The notes: generated from the sequence alone by a model not told the origin. A stretch of 64,000 nucleotides of DNA from Nannocystis bainbridge (GCF_028368995.1 NZ_JAQNDL010000001.1:416001-480000); one strand, 5' to 3'. Counted from the stretch's first letter, positions 31,132 to 44,832 are shown. Program-made: numbers and translations.

Positions 31132-34100
31132 TCACGGGGTGAGCCGCGCGACCTGGGCGCGTAGCCACGCCTGCAATTCGGCCGGGCTCCGCGGCACCAG
31201 GCCGAGGGCGAAGCGATGGACTTCGCCGTCCTCGCGGGCCACCAGCTCGCCGTCCGGGCCGAGCTGCAGCAGCCGCGCGAAGCCCTTGGTGGTCCACATC
31301 GGCGTGGCCGTCATGCTCTCGAGCTCCCAGACCTGCATCGTGTCGCCGACGGCGCCGAACAGGAGCTCGCCGCCCGGGTCGAATTGCATCGACCAGATGT
31401 TGCCGCCCGCGTCGATCGATCGCACCGCCGCGGTCGCGGCGTCGACGAGGAACAGCCGCTCTCCGTCGCTGACGGCGATCCGCTGGCCGTCGTGGGAGAC
31501 CCGCAGTCCGAAGTAACCCTCGGCGCGCAGGCCCAGGGCGACGTCGAGGGGGCGGGTGGTGCGAGCCACCAGGTCGTGCACGACCAGCCTCCCGCTGCCG
31601 AGCTCGAGCGCCACCAGCCAGCGTCCGTCGCCGGACATGTCCATGTTCAGGTTCACCTTCGGGCTCACGGGCGCCATCACCTGCGTGAGGGCGCCGTCAG
31701 CGAAGACTTGCACGCCGCCGGTCGACGACAGCGACGCCAGCCGCGCGCCGCCGGGGTCGTACATGAGGGTCCGCCACCCGCCGTCCCCGCCCTCGAAGCT
31801 GCGCGGGCTGGTGTCCGGATCGGACCACGCGTACACCGTGCCGTCGACGGCGATGGCCGCGAAGCCGCGACCGTCGGGGGCGAGGAAGACCCGCAGCACC
31901 GGCTCGACCACCCCCGCGATCGCGCGCGGCTGATCGCTGCCGGCGGCGTACAGATCGAGCTTGCCGCCGTGCGACACGAGCGCGCGGCCGGTCTCGTCGA
32001 CGACGATCGACACCCCGCCCTCGCCCGCCGTCAGGCACGGCGCCAGCGGCTGGCTCGTGCCGGCTCGCGTGTCGATCCGCGTCAGCGCGCCGGTCGGCTT
32101 GTGGTGGCGGATCAGGAACTTCGCCGCCGGCGAGTGCAGGGTCGAGGTGTTCGCCAGCCCGCGGCGCAGATCCACGATCGTGTGCGCAGCGTCCCGCGGC
32201 TCCCACACGTCGATCGCCGGGCCGCGGCGGGCGAGGTAGCGCCCCGCGTGATCGAGCTGGCCATAATCGTAGTCGGCGGGGGCATGAAAGCGGCGCAGCA
32301 CGGCGCCGGTCGCCAGCTCGCCGAGATCGAGCGGGCGGCGAACCTGCTGCTGGGCCGCGCTCTCCACCGCGTAGCCCTCGCCGCCGACCAGCACGCGATC
32401 GTCGCCCTGGACCAGCGGCCGCCGCCACGCGCACTCCGCCGCGAGCGGCTGCGTGGCGCACAGGACCAGCCCATCGCTGCTGCGCTGGACCAGCCCGACG
32501 AGCGACCCGAGGCCGCGGATCATGCCGACGTCGCCGCGCCACTCGTGCGCCGTCGCGCGGGCGAGGTCCCACGCGATCGCCCGCGCCTCGCCGTCGCGCG
32601 TGCTGGTCCCGTACAGAAACTGGCCGTCGGACGAGACCCCGAGGAAATGGTCGAGGCCGCCGTGAGCCGTGACCGTGCGGGCCTCACCAGTCGTGCGGTC
32701 CCAGATGCTGACGGTGTCGGCCCCGAATTTTCCGCGGGCGAGGAAGCGGGCGTCCGGGGTCACCAGCGCGCGGTTCTGCGGGTCGCTGGCCGGCGCCGGC
32801 GGGAACGCGTCGGCGATCTCGCGGCCGGTGCGGAGATCCCAGGCGGTGGCCGGCAAGGGGCGGACCAGCCACGCCTCGTCGGTGGTGATCATCAGGCGAT
32901 CGATCGCCGACGCCCGGCGGTCGTCGTGCCACGCCGTCCGCCACTGCTGCCATTCGCCCGCGAACGCGTGGGCGCCGATCAGCGCGTCGGCGTGCGCGGC
33001 GACCCAGGCCTGCCCGCTCGGCGCGACCACCAGCGGGGCAGCCGGCGCGCCGAGGCGGGCGATCCGCTGGCCCTGGTCGCGCTCGTCGCCCCAGCGCCAC
33101 ATATCGCCGGCGCCGTCCTGGGCGAAGATCCACGGGCTCTGCGCCGCCGGCAGGACCGTGAGCACCTCGGCCTCCGGGCCGCGCAGCACCCGGTCCGGCA
33201 GGCCGCGCGACAGCGCCGCGAGGGCCAGCGTGCGCGCCTCGAGGGCCTCGCGTGGGTCGAGCGCTTCGAGCTCGGCGAGGGCCTGCAGCGTCGCCAGGGG
33301 CGCCTCGGCCAGCGATCCACGGGCGTGGGCCAGCGCGCTCGCGTGCGCCTGCCGGGTCGCCTCGGCGCGGGCGATCGCCACCTCGCGGTCGAGCTCCGCG
33401 CGCTCCTCGGCGTCGGCGCGACGCACCTGCTCGCCGGCCCACCACGCCCCTCCGGTGAGCAGGCCCGCGGCCACCATGCTCACGCTGGTCCAGCGCCGGC
33501 GGGTCCGCCACCGGGCCGCCGGGTCGCCGGCGAGCGCGGCCAGCAGCGCGTTCATGGTCGGCCAGCGGCGCTCGGGGTCGGACTGCAGCCCGCGGAGCAG
33601 CGCCGCGTGGACCCACGCCGGCACCGCGGCCGACTTCGGCGGCGGCGACACGCGCCCGGAGCTGACCGCGTCGGTGAGCTCCGCGAGGGTCTCGCCCGCG
33701 AACGGTCGGTGGCCGTAGAGCGCCTCGTAGAGGGCGATACAGAAGCTGAACTGGTCGGTGCGCGCGTCGCCCCGCTTGGCCGCGAATTGCTCGGGGGCCA
33801 TGTACGCCGGCGTGCCGAGCACCGCGCCGGTGCTGGTCAGACTGCGCGATGGCTCGCGTCCGCCCGCCGGCTCGGTCGATTCACCGGCCTCCTCGGAGCC
33901 CTCGAATTGGGCCAGGCCGAAATCGAGGACGCGGACCCGGCCGTCGGCCCCGAAGATCGCGTTGTGCGGCTTGAAGTCGCGATGGACCACGCCCTGCGCG
34001 TGGGCGGCGGCCAGGCCCTCGCCCGCCTGGCGAAACACCGCGAGGACCTGCGGCCACGGGCGCCGCTCGCCGTCCAGCCAGGCCCGCAGCGTCGGCCCGG

Positions 34101-34563
34101 CCAGGAACTCCATGGCCACGAAGATCCGCTGGTCGGCCAGCTCGCCGACCTCGTACACGTGGACCACGTGGGGGTGAGACAGCCGCGCCAGCGCCCGCGC
34201 CTCCCGCAGGATGCGCGAGGCCCCGCTGGCGCTGCCGTGGAGCTTCGGGCGGATCAACTTGAGCGCCAACTTGCGGTCGAGGCGATCGTCGTACGCCGCG
34301 TAGACGATGCCCATGCCGCCGGCGCCGACGCGGTTCAGCAGGCGATAGCGCCCGAGCTGCACCGCCTCCGGTTCGGCCCCGAAGATGGCGGCCGCCACGG
34401 CCCGCTTGGCGTGCAGGTGCTCCGGCGCGGCCAGCACGTCCGGTCGTATGCCCGGGGACAGCAGGGTCTCGTGCGTCAGCGACGCCGCGGCTGTGGAGCC
34501 GCTGGGGTGCGTGGCGTCGACGTCTTCGATCTTGATCACGTGTTCGGCGAGAGAGTGGGTCAT
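31132..34563 (-). CDS. Ser/Thr protein kinase with TM segment and WD40/beta-propeller C-terminus
   Basis: GAGGMGIVY, LALK, HRDFKPHN, DFGLA, GTPAYMAPEQ; beta-strand-rich repeats downstream. Confidence 0.92.
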   Translation of the reverse strand: MTHSLAEHVIKIEDVDATHPSGSTAAASLTHETLLSPGIRPDVLAAPEHLHAKRAVAAAIFGAEPEAVQLGRYRLLNRVGAGGMGIVYAAYDDRLDRKLALKLIRPKLHGSASGASRILREARALARLSHPHVVHVYEVGELADQRIFVAMEFLAGPTLRAWLDGERRPWPQVLAVFRQAGEGLAAAHAQGVVHRDFKPHNAIFGADGRVRVLDFGLAQFEGSEEAGESTEPAGGREPSRSLTSTGAVLGTPAYMAPEQFAAKRGDARTDQFSFCIALYEALYGHRPFAGETLAELTDAVSSGRVSPPPKSAAVPAWVHAALLRGLQSDPERRWPTMNALLAALAGDPAARWRTRRRWTSVSMVAAGLLTGGAWWAGEQVRRADAEERAELDREVAIARAEATRQAHASALAHARGSLAEAPLATLQALAELEALDPREALEARTLALAALSRGLPDRVLRGPEAEVLTVLPAAQSPWIFAQDGAGDMWRWGDERDQGQRIARLGAPAAPLVVAPSGQAWVAAHADALIGAHAFAGEWQQWRTAWHDDRRASAIDRLMITTDEAWLVRPLPATAWDLRTGREIADAFPPAPASDPQNRALVTPDARFLARGKFGADTVSIWDRTTGEARTVTAHGGLDHFLGVSSDGQFLYGTSTRDGEARAIAWDLARATAHEWRGDVGMIRGLGSLVGLVQRSSDGLVLCATQPLAAECAWRRPLVQGDDRVLVGGEGYAVESAAQQQVRRPLDLGELATGAVLRRFHAPADYDYGQLDHAGRYLARRGPAIDVWEPRDAAHTIVDLRRGLANTSTLHSPAAKFLIRHHKPTGALTRIDTRAGTSQPLAPCLTAGEGGVSIVVDETGRALVSHGGKLDLYAAGSDQPRAIAGVVEPVLRVFLAPDGRGFAAIAVDGTVYAWSDPDTSPRSFEGGDGGWRTLMYDPGGARLASLSSTGGVQVFADGALTQVMAPVSPKVNLNMDMSGDGRWLVALELGSGRLVVHDLVARTTRPLDVALGLRAEGYFGLRVSHDGQRIAVSDGERLFLVDAATAAVRSIDAGGNIWSMQFDPGGELLFGAVGDTMQVWELESMTATPMWTTKGFARLLQLGPDGELVAREDGEVHRFALGLVPRSPAELQAWLRAQVARLTP

Positions 34564-34606
34564 GCCCGCGTGGTTCGTCGCGGGTCGATCCGGATCACGG
34601 AAAAAT

Positions 34607-35233
34607 TCACGGACGATCGCGCTCTGCGCGGACCCGCACGCCCTCGGCCCAGCTCTCGAGCCCGCGGAAGGTGCTGAGCGCGAGCTCGGGGGTGGCGGCC
34701 AGGCGCTCGATGACCTCGCGCAGCTGCTCGCGTCCGCGACGAAGCCGCGACTTCACCGTGCCCTGGGGGATGTCGAGCGCCGCGGCGATCTCGGCGACCG
34801 TGCATTGCTCCCAATAATGAAGCTCGAGCACGACCTGCAGCTCGAGGGCGATCGATCGCAGCCCGGCGAGCAAGAGCCGCTGCTCCTCGCGCTCGACGAG
34901 GATCCCCGCGACGGAAGGATCGAGCCCGGCGACCGACTCGCTGGCGAGGTCGACCGGGGCCTGCGCCCGCGTCTTGTAGTGCAGGCACAGCTGGCGATAG
35001 GCGATGGCGAACAGGTAGCTGCGAAAGCTGCCGTCGCCGCGAAAGCGCGTGATGCCCTCCACGCAGGCGAGGAAGGTCCGCTGGATCAGCTCGGTCCCGG
35101 CCTCGCCGACCTTGTTGACGAAGAACCGCGCCACCGCCTCGTAGTAACGCTCGAACAACTGCTGCCCGGCGGCCCGCTCGCCTCGCCGCCACGCCGCCAG
35201 CAAGACCTCGTCCTCGTCGCTCTCGGTGGACAC
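34607..35233 (-). CDS. ECF sigma-70 factor
   Basis: LLAAWRRGE, ELIQRTFLAC, SFRSYLFAIA (region 2); EIAAALDIPQGTVKSRLRRGR (region 4). Confidence 0.92.
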   Translation of the reverse strand: MSTESDEDEVLLAAWRRGERAAGQQLFERYYEAVARFFVNKVGEAGTELIQRTFLACVEGITRFRGDGSFRSYLFAIAYRQLCLHYKTRAQAPVDLASESVAGLDPSVAGILVEREEQRLLLAGLRSIALELQVVLELHYWEQCTVAEIAAALDIPQGTVKSRLRRGREQLREVIERLAATPELALSTFRGLESWAEGVRVRAERDRP

Positions 35234-35299
35234 GATCGTTCCATCCTAGCCGACTCCGGCCCGCCGAGCCGCCGATGTCCCGTGAGCCGTCCGCGACCC

Positions 35300-35824
35300 T
35301 CAGGCGGCCGCATCACCGCCGAGCCCCTGCCCGCGCAGGGCCGCCGCGCAGTCGTCGACCGAGTCGCCGAACGGGCTGCCGCGGGCGATGATGCAGGACC
35401 CCTGCGGCCAGCGCAGCGCCAGCGCCCGCGCCGACGATGCGGCCTGGAACACGCGCTCGACGCGAACCGCGGCCAGCGGCGCCAGCACGCGGCGGGCCGG
35501 GTCGAGCAGTCGCCCGCCTGCCACGTCGACGATCAGCAGCGGTCGCGGCTCCGCGGCGGCCCGGCGCCGACCGAACCGCACGACCCTCACGACCAGCCAC
35601 GCCGACGCGCCGCCGAGCGCCGTCAGGATCGCCGCCGCGATCGCGTGGTCCGAGCCGCCGCGGATCGCGAACACCGCCTGGACCGCGGCGTTGATCAGCG
35701 AGATGACCGCCACCAGGGCCAGCACGAACACCGCGGTGCGCGGCGGCGCGGGCCGCTCGACGATCCACAGCTCACCGTCCCGGCGATCGATCTCGGTCCC
35801 GTTGCAGCGCGCGACGACGGCCAC
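35300..35824 (-). CDS. Hypothetical 2-TM membrane protein
   Basis: C-terminal part of track ORF 35300..36463; GTG at 35824; two hydrophobic helices followed by a soluble domain. Confidence 0.55.
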   Translation of the reverse strand: MAVVARCNGTEIDRRDGELWIVERPAPPRTAVFVLALVAVISLINAAVQAVFAIRGGSDHAIAAAILTALGGASAWLVVRVVRFGRRRAAAEPRPLLIVDVAGGRLLDPARRVLAPLAAVRVERVFQAASSARALALRWPQGSCIIARGSPFGDSVDDCAAALRGQGLGGDAAA

Positions 35825-35919
35825 GGCCCGAGCGTACCGCACCGCGCGACTGAAGGTCGCGCGGATCGCCGGGAGCACGCCCGCGCTCGCGGCCGCGCAC
35901 GCCCCGGCCCACGCGCGCC

Positions 35920-37677
<1,758 letters not shown>

Positions 37678-37849
37678 GGACCACGATTTCCCATCCGCCG
37701 GGCCCGATCAAGCCCTCGCTCGCGGGGCGATGCCGCCCGACCCGCAGCGAGCCCGGCGCGCCCGAACGGCGCTCCGCGGGCCCGTGAGCCCCGGCCCGTC
37801 GAGCATGACACGAGCTTGACCGCCGGCGCGGCGCGGCCGAAGGTCGGCC

Positions 37850-38368
37850 ATGCTCGAGCGCGTGACGCTGACGGAGATCCGCACCATGGCCGACTATCCG
37901 CCGGGCCTGATCGGGGCAGTCTCGGGGCTGTTCGGCCGCAGCATGAGCGCCAGCCACGGCACGGACTGGCGCGTCGACGCGTTCGTCGCCGAGGGCCAGA
38001 GCGAGTTCTTCCGCCGCTTCGATCCGTCGCGCGATCGCGTATGGGTCGCGCTGCGCGACGGCGTCCCCTGCGGCGCCCTCACGATCGACGGGCCGCGCCT
38101 CGAGGCCGGCCGCGAGGCGGCGCGGCTGCGCTTCTTCATCCTCGACCCCGCCACCCGCGGGCTCGGGCTCGGCCGCCGCATGCTCGCCAGCGCGATGGAT
38201 TTCTGCCGCGAGCGCGGCTATTCGCGGGTGTACCTGACGACCCTGCCCGGCCTCGACGCCGCGCGCCGCCTCTACGAAGATCGCGGCTTTCGCCTGATCG
38301 GCCAGGACGACCCGCCGTTCTGCGGCGGTGACCACGGCGAGCAGACGTTCGAATGGCGCGCGCCGTGA
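37850..38368 (+). CDS. GNAT family N-acetyltransferase
   Basis: LRFFILDPATRGLGLGRRML (motif A), AARRLYEDRGF. Confidence 0.9.
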   Translation: MLERVTLTEIRTMADYPPGLIGAVSGLFGRSMSASHGTDWRVDAFVAEGQSEFFRRFDPSRDRVWVALRDGVPCGALTIDGPRLEAGREAARLRFFILDPATRGLGLGRRMLASAMDFCRERGYSRVYLTTLPGLDAARRLYEDRGFRLIGQDDPPFCGGDHGEQTFEWRAP

Positions 38369-38413
38369 AGGCCCGCGCCATTGGGAACCCCGCGAATGCG
38401 CCGACCGCCGCGA

Positions 38414-39007
38414 TCAGGGCGCCGGCAGATCGGGGCAGTCCATGGCGGCGTTCGTCGACCAGTCGCAAGTCACGGCCACGAACGTCCCGGCCGGCGCCTC
38501 GCCGCCGCGGAGCAGCTCGATCTCGAGGTTGCTGCCGCCGTCGACGCAGGCCTGGCTCATGTTGTCGATCTCGGACGGCGTCTCGTTGCCGCCGTCGATG
38601 CGGGCGGCGAAGCACGCCTCCTGACCGGCAGGGATCGCCCAGCCGCCCATGACTTGCTCGCAAGCCACGATCGCGGCGCACACGTGCTGGACGGGATCGT
38701 AGTCGCAGACCTCGCAGTTGACCTCGACGAGCGAGGTCGACGGATCGACGTCCTCCACGCATTGCGAGAGGCACCCCGACGGATCGAGCTGAACCGGCTG
38801 ATCGCCGCCGCTGCCGGTCGGCGCGCCGGTCTCGGTCCCGGTCTCGGTCCCGGTCTCGGTCCCGGTGCCGGCGTCGGTGGTGGTGCCGGTCGGCGCGTCG
38901 GTGTCGGTGCCGGTGCCGGTGCCGGTCTCGGTGTCGCTGTCGCCGGACTTGCTGTCGCCGCAACCGGGCAGCATCAGCGCAAAAAGTAAGATCGAACGCT
39001 TGATCAT
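38414..39007 (-). CDS. Lipoprotein with Thr/Gly stalk and Cys-rich domain
   Basis: MIKRSILLFALMLPGC lipobox; TETG repeats; multiple Cys. Confidence 0.78.
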   Translation of the reverse strand: MIKRSILLFALMLPGCGDSKSGDSDTETGTGTGTDTDAPTGTTTDAGTGTETGTETGTETGAPTGSGGDQPVQLDPSGCLSQCVEDVDPSTSLVEVNCEVCDYDPVQHVCAAIVACEQVMGGWAIPAGQEACFAARIDGGNETPSEIDNMSQACVDGGSNLEIELLRGGEAPAGTFVAVTCDWSTNAAMDCPDLPAP

Positions 39008-39455
39008 GATGGCGCGGACGCTATCAGAAGCCGCTCGCGGCGGCACGAAATCGACGATAGGCCGACCGCGGTGAATTTGCGGCGAGTCGACGGCCAAGGC
39101 GGCTCGCTGCAGGCGACTCCCCCCATTCTGGCGCGCCGCGACAATCGCATGAGTACCGCCCCATGCATGAGAGCGGGGATTGGGTCCCGTCGGGCGAGGG
39201 GATCCACGCGAGCATGGGGCGCACGATGCTGCCGCTCGCGTGACCTCCGGGGCGAGCATGAAGACCCTTCGTCCCGATGACGAGGTCCGTCCCGTGAAGC
39301 CCGGGCGACCGCGACTCAACGCCGGCGCTGCGCCGACGTCTCCCACGCGCGACGGCCGAGGTCGCCCGGCGCTCCGCAAAGCGCGCCGACTTGCGCCGCT
39401 CCCGGCCTGCGGCTATGGTGCCCCTCGTCGAACCCCCACGGAGTTGGCCCGCCCT

Positions 39456-39539
39456 TGAAGCTGCACGCCTGAATCCCGCTGTCCCCCAGCCGCCCGCAAC
39501 GCGCCGTATTGGCCGCGGGCGAGATTCAGGAGCATCTTC

Positions 39540-39540
<1 letters not shown>
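39456..39540 (+). promoter_or_regulatory. Putative RBS-sequestering hairpin (translational attenuator) upstream of the ABC-F gene
   Basis: cctgaatc (39468-75) pairs with gattcagg (39523-30); tgaag with cttca; inner cgcccgc with gcgggcg. The stem covers AGGAG and the A of the ATG. Confidence 0.55.
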
Positions 39541-41042
<1,502 letters not shown>

Positions 41043-41065
41043 ACCTCCGCGCGGCCCGCCGCCGC

Positions 41066-41542
41066 TCACTCGGCCGCGTCTTCCTGGGCGGTCCGCTCGA
41101 GATCCTGGACGAAGGAGTCGCGCTCGCGCTCGTACTCCTCGGCCAGCTTCTCGGCCTCGCGGTCGCTCACGACCTGGCGCGCCAGCGGGAACATCTCGCC
41201 CTCCTCCTCGTCGACGTGGTGCCCGACCATGTCGGCGAGCACCTTGATCTTCGGCGTCCAGGCCTCGTGGTCGGGGCCGATCGCGTCGATCTCGGCGATC
41301 AGGTGATCGACCTGCTTGTGCTCCTCGATGCCTTCTCGGGTCTCGTCCTCGGTGTTGGACTCGTCGAGCAGCCGCGGATAGAGGACGGCCTCCTCCGCCC
41401 GCGCGTGCGGCACCAGCTTGATCTTGAGCCGGGTGAACAGCTCCAGAGCTTTGGCGCCCTTGGCCTCCTCGAGCTCGTGGAACAGCTCGCTGACCTCTTC
41501 GTGCTCGCGATGCAAGATGTCGTAGATCTGGGGCTTTGGCAT
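41066..41542 (-). CDS. Hemerythrin (HHE) domain protein
   Basis: LHREH, HARAEEAVLYP, EEH, HHVDEEEGEMFP; AGGAGG RBS. Confidence 0.9.
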   Translation of the reverse strand: MPKPQIYDILHREHEEVSELFHELEEAKGAKALELFTRLKIKLVPHARAEEAVLYPRLLDESNTEDETREGIEEHKQVDHLIAEIDAIGPDHEAWTPKIKVLADMVGHHVDEEEGEMFPLARQVVSDREAEKLAEEYERERDSFVQDLERTAQEDAAE

Positions 41543-41794
41543 GACGCATTCCTCCTGGCGCGGGGACCCGCCGGGGCGGGCCAGCGACCGTGAAAGATGT
41601 GGCGCGAAAACGAGGTGCGGCAAATCGGCCGACGCCGTCGGCCGCCGGCCGGGCGCCAATGCTGGCAAGAGCGGCAGGACAGGCGATTCTGCGTACAGAG
41701 CGCCGCGGCCCCGGGCTGCCAGCCTGAGCCGTGGGCTCGTGCTCGATGAGATCTGTCCCCACCCTCGCCGCGCGGCTCGGGGCGCCTTTTGTCA

Positions 41795-41818
41795 TGACAT
41801 GTCCCCGAGGACATGTGG
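41795..41818. repeat. GGACATGTCC-like pair, 14-bp period
   Basis: CATG cores at 41798 and 41812. Confidence 0.65.
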
Positions 41819-42116
41819 ACATCGACCACCGGACCCACATCACCCTCCCGGCCGCCCCGCCGGGGCTGCGTTCACCCGCGCGTCGGCGCGCCCTCGTCCG
41901 CGGCGTATCGTCGGCGCCGCTGTGTGCACCATCGAGATCGGCGCCGGGAATGGCCACATGACCCGACCTCGACTTCGCTGTGCGACCGTGCGCGGGCCCC
42001 ATCAACCCGAGCGGAACACGGTTCAACATCGGGGCTCGCGCGCGCCGACCTGCGCCTGCAGGGCGGCCCGGGCCCGCGGGCCTCGTGTTAGTCTCGGAGG
42101 CTCGCTCGGGGTGCTG

Positions 42117-43619
42117 ATGGACAGCTTCGAAGCCAGGGCGTCCGCCGACCTCGGACCCCATGTCCCCCAGGACATGTCCGTCGGGACATTGATCGCCGGC
42201 CGCTACCGGATCCTCGCCGGCCTCGGCGAGGGCGGCATGGGTGCGGTGTACCTGGCCGAGCACCTCGAGGTCGGCCATCGCGTCGCGGTCAAGGTGCTGC
42301 ACGCCGAGCCGAGCGCGCGGGCCTCGATCGCCCGCCGCTTCCGCGTCGACGCCTGCAGGGCCGGCTCGCTCGGGGACCCGCACATCGTCGAGGTGTTCGA
42401 CGCCGGCGTGCTGCTGGACGGGCGCCTGTTCCTGGTGATGGCCTACCTCGAGGGCCGCGACCTGGCGCAGGAGCTCGAGGAGGTGCTGGTCTTCGACGCC
42501 GAGCGCGCGTGCTCGCTGATGCGGCAGGTCACGCTGGGCCTGGCGACCGCCCACGCGGCGGGCATCGTGCACTGCGCGCTCAAGCCGAGCAGCGTGATGC
42601 TGGCGGCGCTGCCCGAGGGCGAGGTCGTCAAGCTGCTCGACTTCGGGCTCGCGGCCAAGGTGGTGCTGCACGCCGGCGCGGGCGAGCACCCGTCGCACGA
42701 GGCCGGCGCCCACTCGAGCTCGGCCGATTACATGGCGCCCGAGCAGGCCGCGAGCGTCGCGGCGACCCCGGCCGTGGATGTCTACGCCGTCGGGGTGATG
42801 CTCTACGAGCTGCTGTCAGGCTCGCTGCCGTTCACCGCCCGCCACGCGTTCGAGCTGCTGAATTTCAAGCTGCTGCACGCGGCGCCGTCGATCGACGCCC
42901 GCCGCCCCGGCCTGCCGCCGCGGCTCGTGCGGCTGATCGCCGACTGCCTCAGCATCGACCCCGCGGCCCGCCCCGCCGACGGCGCGGCGCTGGTGCCCCG
43001 CCTCGACGCGGTGCTCGCCGACCTGCGGAACCCGGCGCCGCGGCCCGCCGAGGGCGCGACCGCGCCGCAGCCCGCGGTCCGGCGCCGGCGATGGCCGCTC
43101 GCGCTGGCGGCCGGCCTGTTGCTGACGGCCGGCGTGGCGTCGGTGGAGCTCGCGCCGGAGCCCGCGGCCGCGATCGAGCCGCCGCCACCCGCGCCGACGC
43201 CCGCAGCGCCGGCGCCGACGATCGAGCCGCCGCCGCCCGCCCTGCCCGCGCCGACGGTCGTCCCGCTCGCGCCCCCGCAGCCCGCCCTCGAGCTGCCGCG
43301 AACCGAGCCGGGCCCGAAGGTCGCCCGCCGGCCCGCGCCCACGACCGACACCGACGCCGACGAGACGCACCTGAGCCCTCGCTGTCAGCGCATCCGGGCC
43401 AAGGCGACCGAGGCGCGCCGGACCCAGCGCTGGGGCGTGCTGCGCGACCAGAGCCGCCACCACGAGTGCTGGGCCTCCGAGCCCGAGGTCCGCAAGCTGC
43501 AGGCCAAGGCGGCGATGGAGCTGGGCGACTTCTCCGGCTGCGTGACCTTCGGCGCCGGCCTGCGCGACCCGGAGGTCGAGCAGTGGCTCAAGCTGTGCCG
43601 CCTGCGCGCGGAGGATTGA
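42117..43619 (+). CDS. Ser/Thr pseudokinase with TM helix and Pro-rich/Cys extracellular region
   Basis: GEGGMGAVY, VAVK, DFG and YMAPEQ retained, but the catalytic loop reads HCALKPSS instead of HRDLKPxN. Confidence 0.85.
   Translation: MDSFEARASADLGPHVPQDMSVGTLIAGRYRILAGLGEGGMGAVYLAEHLEVGHRVAVKVLHAEPSARASIARRFRVDACRAGSLGDPHIVEVFDAGVLLDGRLFLVMAYLEGRDLAQELEEVLVFDAERACSLMRQVTLGLATAHAAGIVHCALKPSSVMLAALPEGEVVKLLDFGLAAKVVLHAGAGEHPSHEAGAHSSSADYMAPEQAASVAATPAVDVYAVGVMLYELLSGSLPFTARHAFELLNFKLLHAAPSIDARRPGLPPRLVRLIADCLSIDPAARPADGAALVPRLDAVLADLRNPAPRPAEGATAPQPAVRRRRWPLALAAGLLLTAGVASVELAPEPAAAIEPPPPAPTPAAPAPTIEPPPPALPAPTVVPLAPPQPALELPRTEPGPKVARRPAPTTDTDADETHLSPRCQRIRAKATEARRTQRWGVLRDQSRHHECWASEPEVRKLQAKAAMELGDFSGCVTFGAGLRDPEVEQWLKLCRLRAED
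42156..42193. repeat. GGACATGTCC-like array, 3 units, at the 5' end of the pseudokinase gene
   Basis: Cores at 42159, 42173, 42187. Confidence 0.75.
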
Positions 43620-43672
43620 ACCTCCGGGCTCTCGGGACAGCCTCGTCCGCGGGCGCTCACCCGCGGACTGCG

Positions 43673-43696
43673 GTGAATGACCCCGAGGACATGTCC
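43673..43696. repeat. GGACATGTCC-like pair between convergent genes
   Basis: Cores at 43676 and 43690; the second is a perfect decamer. Confidence 0.6.
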
Positions 43697-43719
43697 TCAA
43701 AGCCAGAAAATCAGCGCCG

Positions 43720-44832
43720 TCAGACCTTCGCGCGGGCCCGCAGCTTGCCGAGGCAGTACACCAGCGCGTCGCGCAGCTTGGCGAACACGGCCACGTGCGT
43801 CAGGTCGATGCCGAGCCCCACGATCGTCTGGGCGATCGTCGGGTGGATGCCGGTGAGGATGCCTTCGGCGCCGAGCAGGCGGATCGACTGGATCATCCGG
43901 ATCAGGTGGCTGGCGGTGCCGGTGTCGACCACCTCGACCCCCGTCAGGTCGAGGATGGCGAAGCGGGCTCGCGTGCGCGTGACCGCCTGCAGCAGGTTGT
44001 CCATGATCTCCGCCGTGCGCACGGTGTCGACCAGGCCGATGATCGGCAGCGACAGCACGCCGTCCCACACCTCGATGATCGGCGTCGAGAGCTGGCGGAT
44101 GACGTCCTGCTGGCGCTCGATCAGCTCGAGCTTGGCCCGCAGCTCGAGCTCGGTGCGCTTGCTGGCGGTGACGTCGAGCGCGATCGAGATCAGCGACAGC
44201 TCCGCGTCGCTCGGCGTCGGCAGGTTCCAGCCGAGCCAGTGGATCCCGTAGACCTCGGCTGGCAGCGCATGCGTGGCCTCGCCGGCGATCGCCCGCCGGA
44301 TGTCTTCGACGTTCTCGAGGTCGCCGTACACGTCGAAGTAGTTCTGGCCGGCGAAATGATCGGGGCGGAGGCCGGCGGTCTGCAGCGCCTTGCCCCGCTG
44401 CAGCACGAAATTGGCCTGCTTGTCGATCGCCCACACCGCGAGGTCGAGGTTCTCGAGCAGCGCCGCGAGCAGCCGCGAATCGACCCCGAGGCGCCGGGCC
44501 TCGCGCTGGCGCGCGGTCACGTCGTGGCCGCACAGCGTCGCCCCGACGACCCGGCCGTCGCCGTCTCGTATCACCTGCGACCAGGCCTCGAAGTGCAGCG
44601 GGCCCTCGGGGCGCTCGAGCACGCGGATCTGCGGCTCCTCGACGTCGCTCAGCGCCCCGCTCCAGGCCGCAGGATCGCCGGCCACCGGCAGCACCTCGGC
44701 GATCGGGCGCCCGATCGCCAGGGCTGCGTCGATCCCGAACACTCGCGCGGCGCGGCGGTTCCAGCCGGTGATGCGAAGAGCTGCGTCCACCTCGACGGTG
44801 ACGAGGGGCCCGGCGTCGCTGCGATCATCCAC
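43720..44832 (-). CDS. PAS-PAS-STAS (RsbR-like) protein
   Basis: ITGWNRRAARVFG...AIGRPI PAS; STAS LSTPIIEVWDGVLSLPIIGLVDTVRT..ILDLTGVEVVDT..LTGIHP. GTG start at 44832 inferred. Confidence 0.87.
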   Translation of the reverse strand: MDDRSDAGPLVTVEVDAALRITGWNRRAARVFGIDAALAIGRPIAEVLPVAGDPAAWSGALSDVEEPQIRVLERPEGPLHFEAWSQVIRDGDGRVVGATLCGHDVTARQREARRLGVDSRLLAALLENLDLAVWAIDKQANFVLQRGKALQTAGLRPDHFAGQNYFDVYGDLENVEDIRRAIAGEATHALPAEVYGIHWLGWNLPTPSDAELSLISIALDVTASKRTELELRAKLELIERQQDVIRQLSTPIIEVWDGVLSLPIIGLVDTVRTAEIMDNLLQAVTRTRARFAILDLTGVEVVDTGTASHLIRMIQSIRLLGAEGILTGIHPTIAQTIVGLGIDLTHVAVFAKLRDALVYCLGKLRARAKV

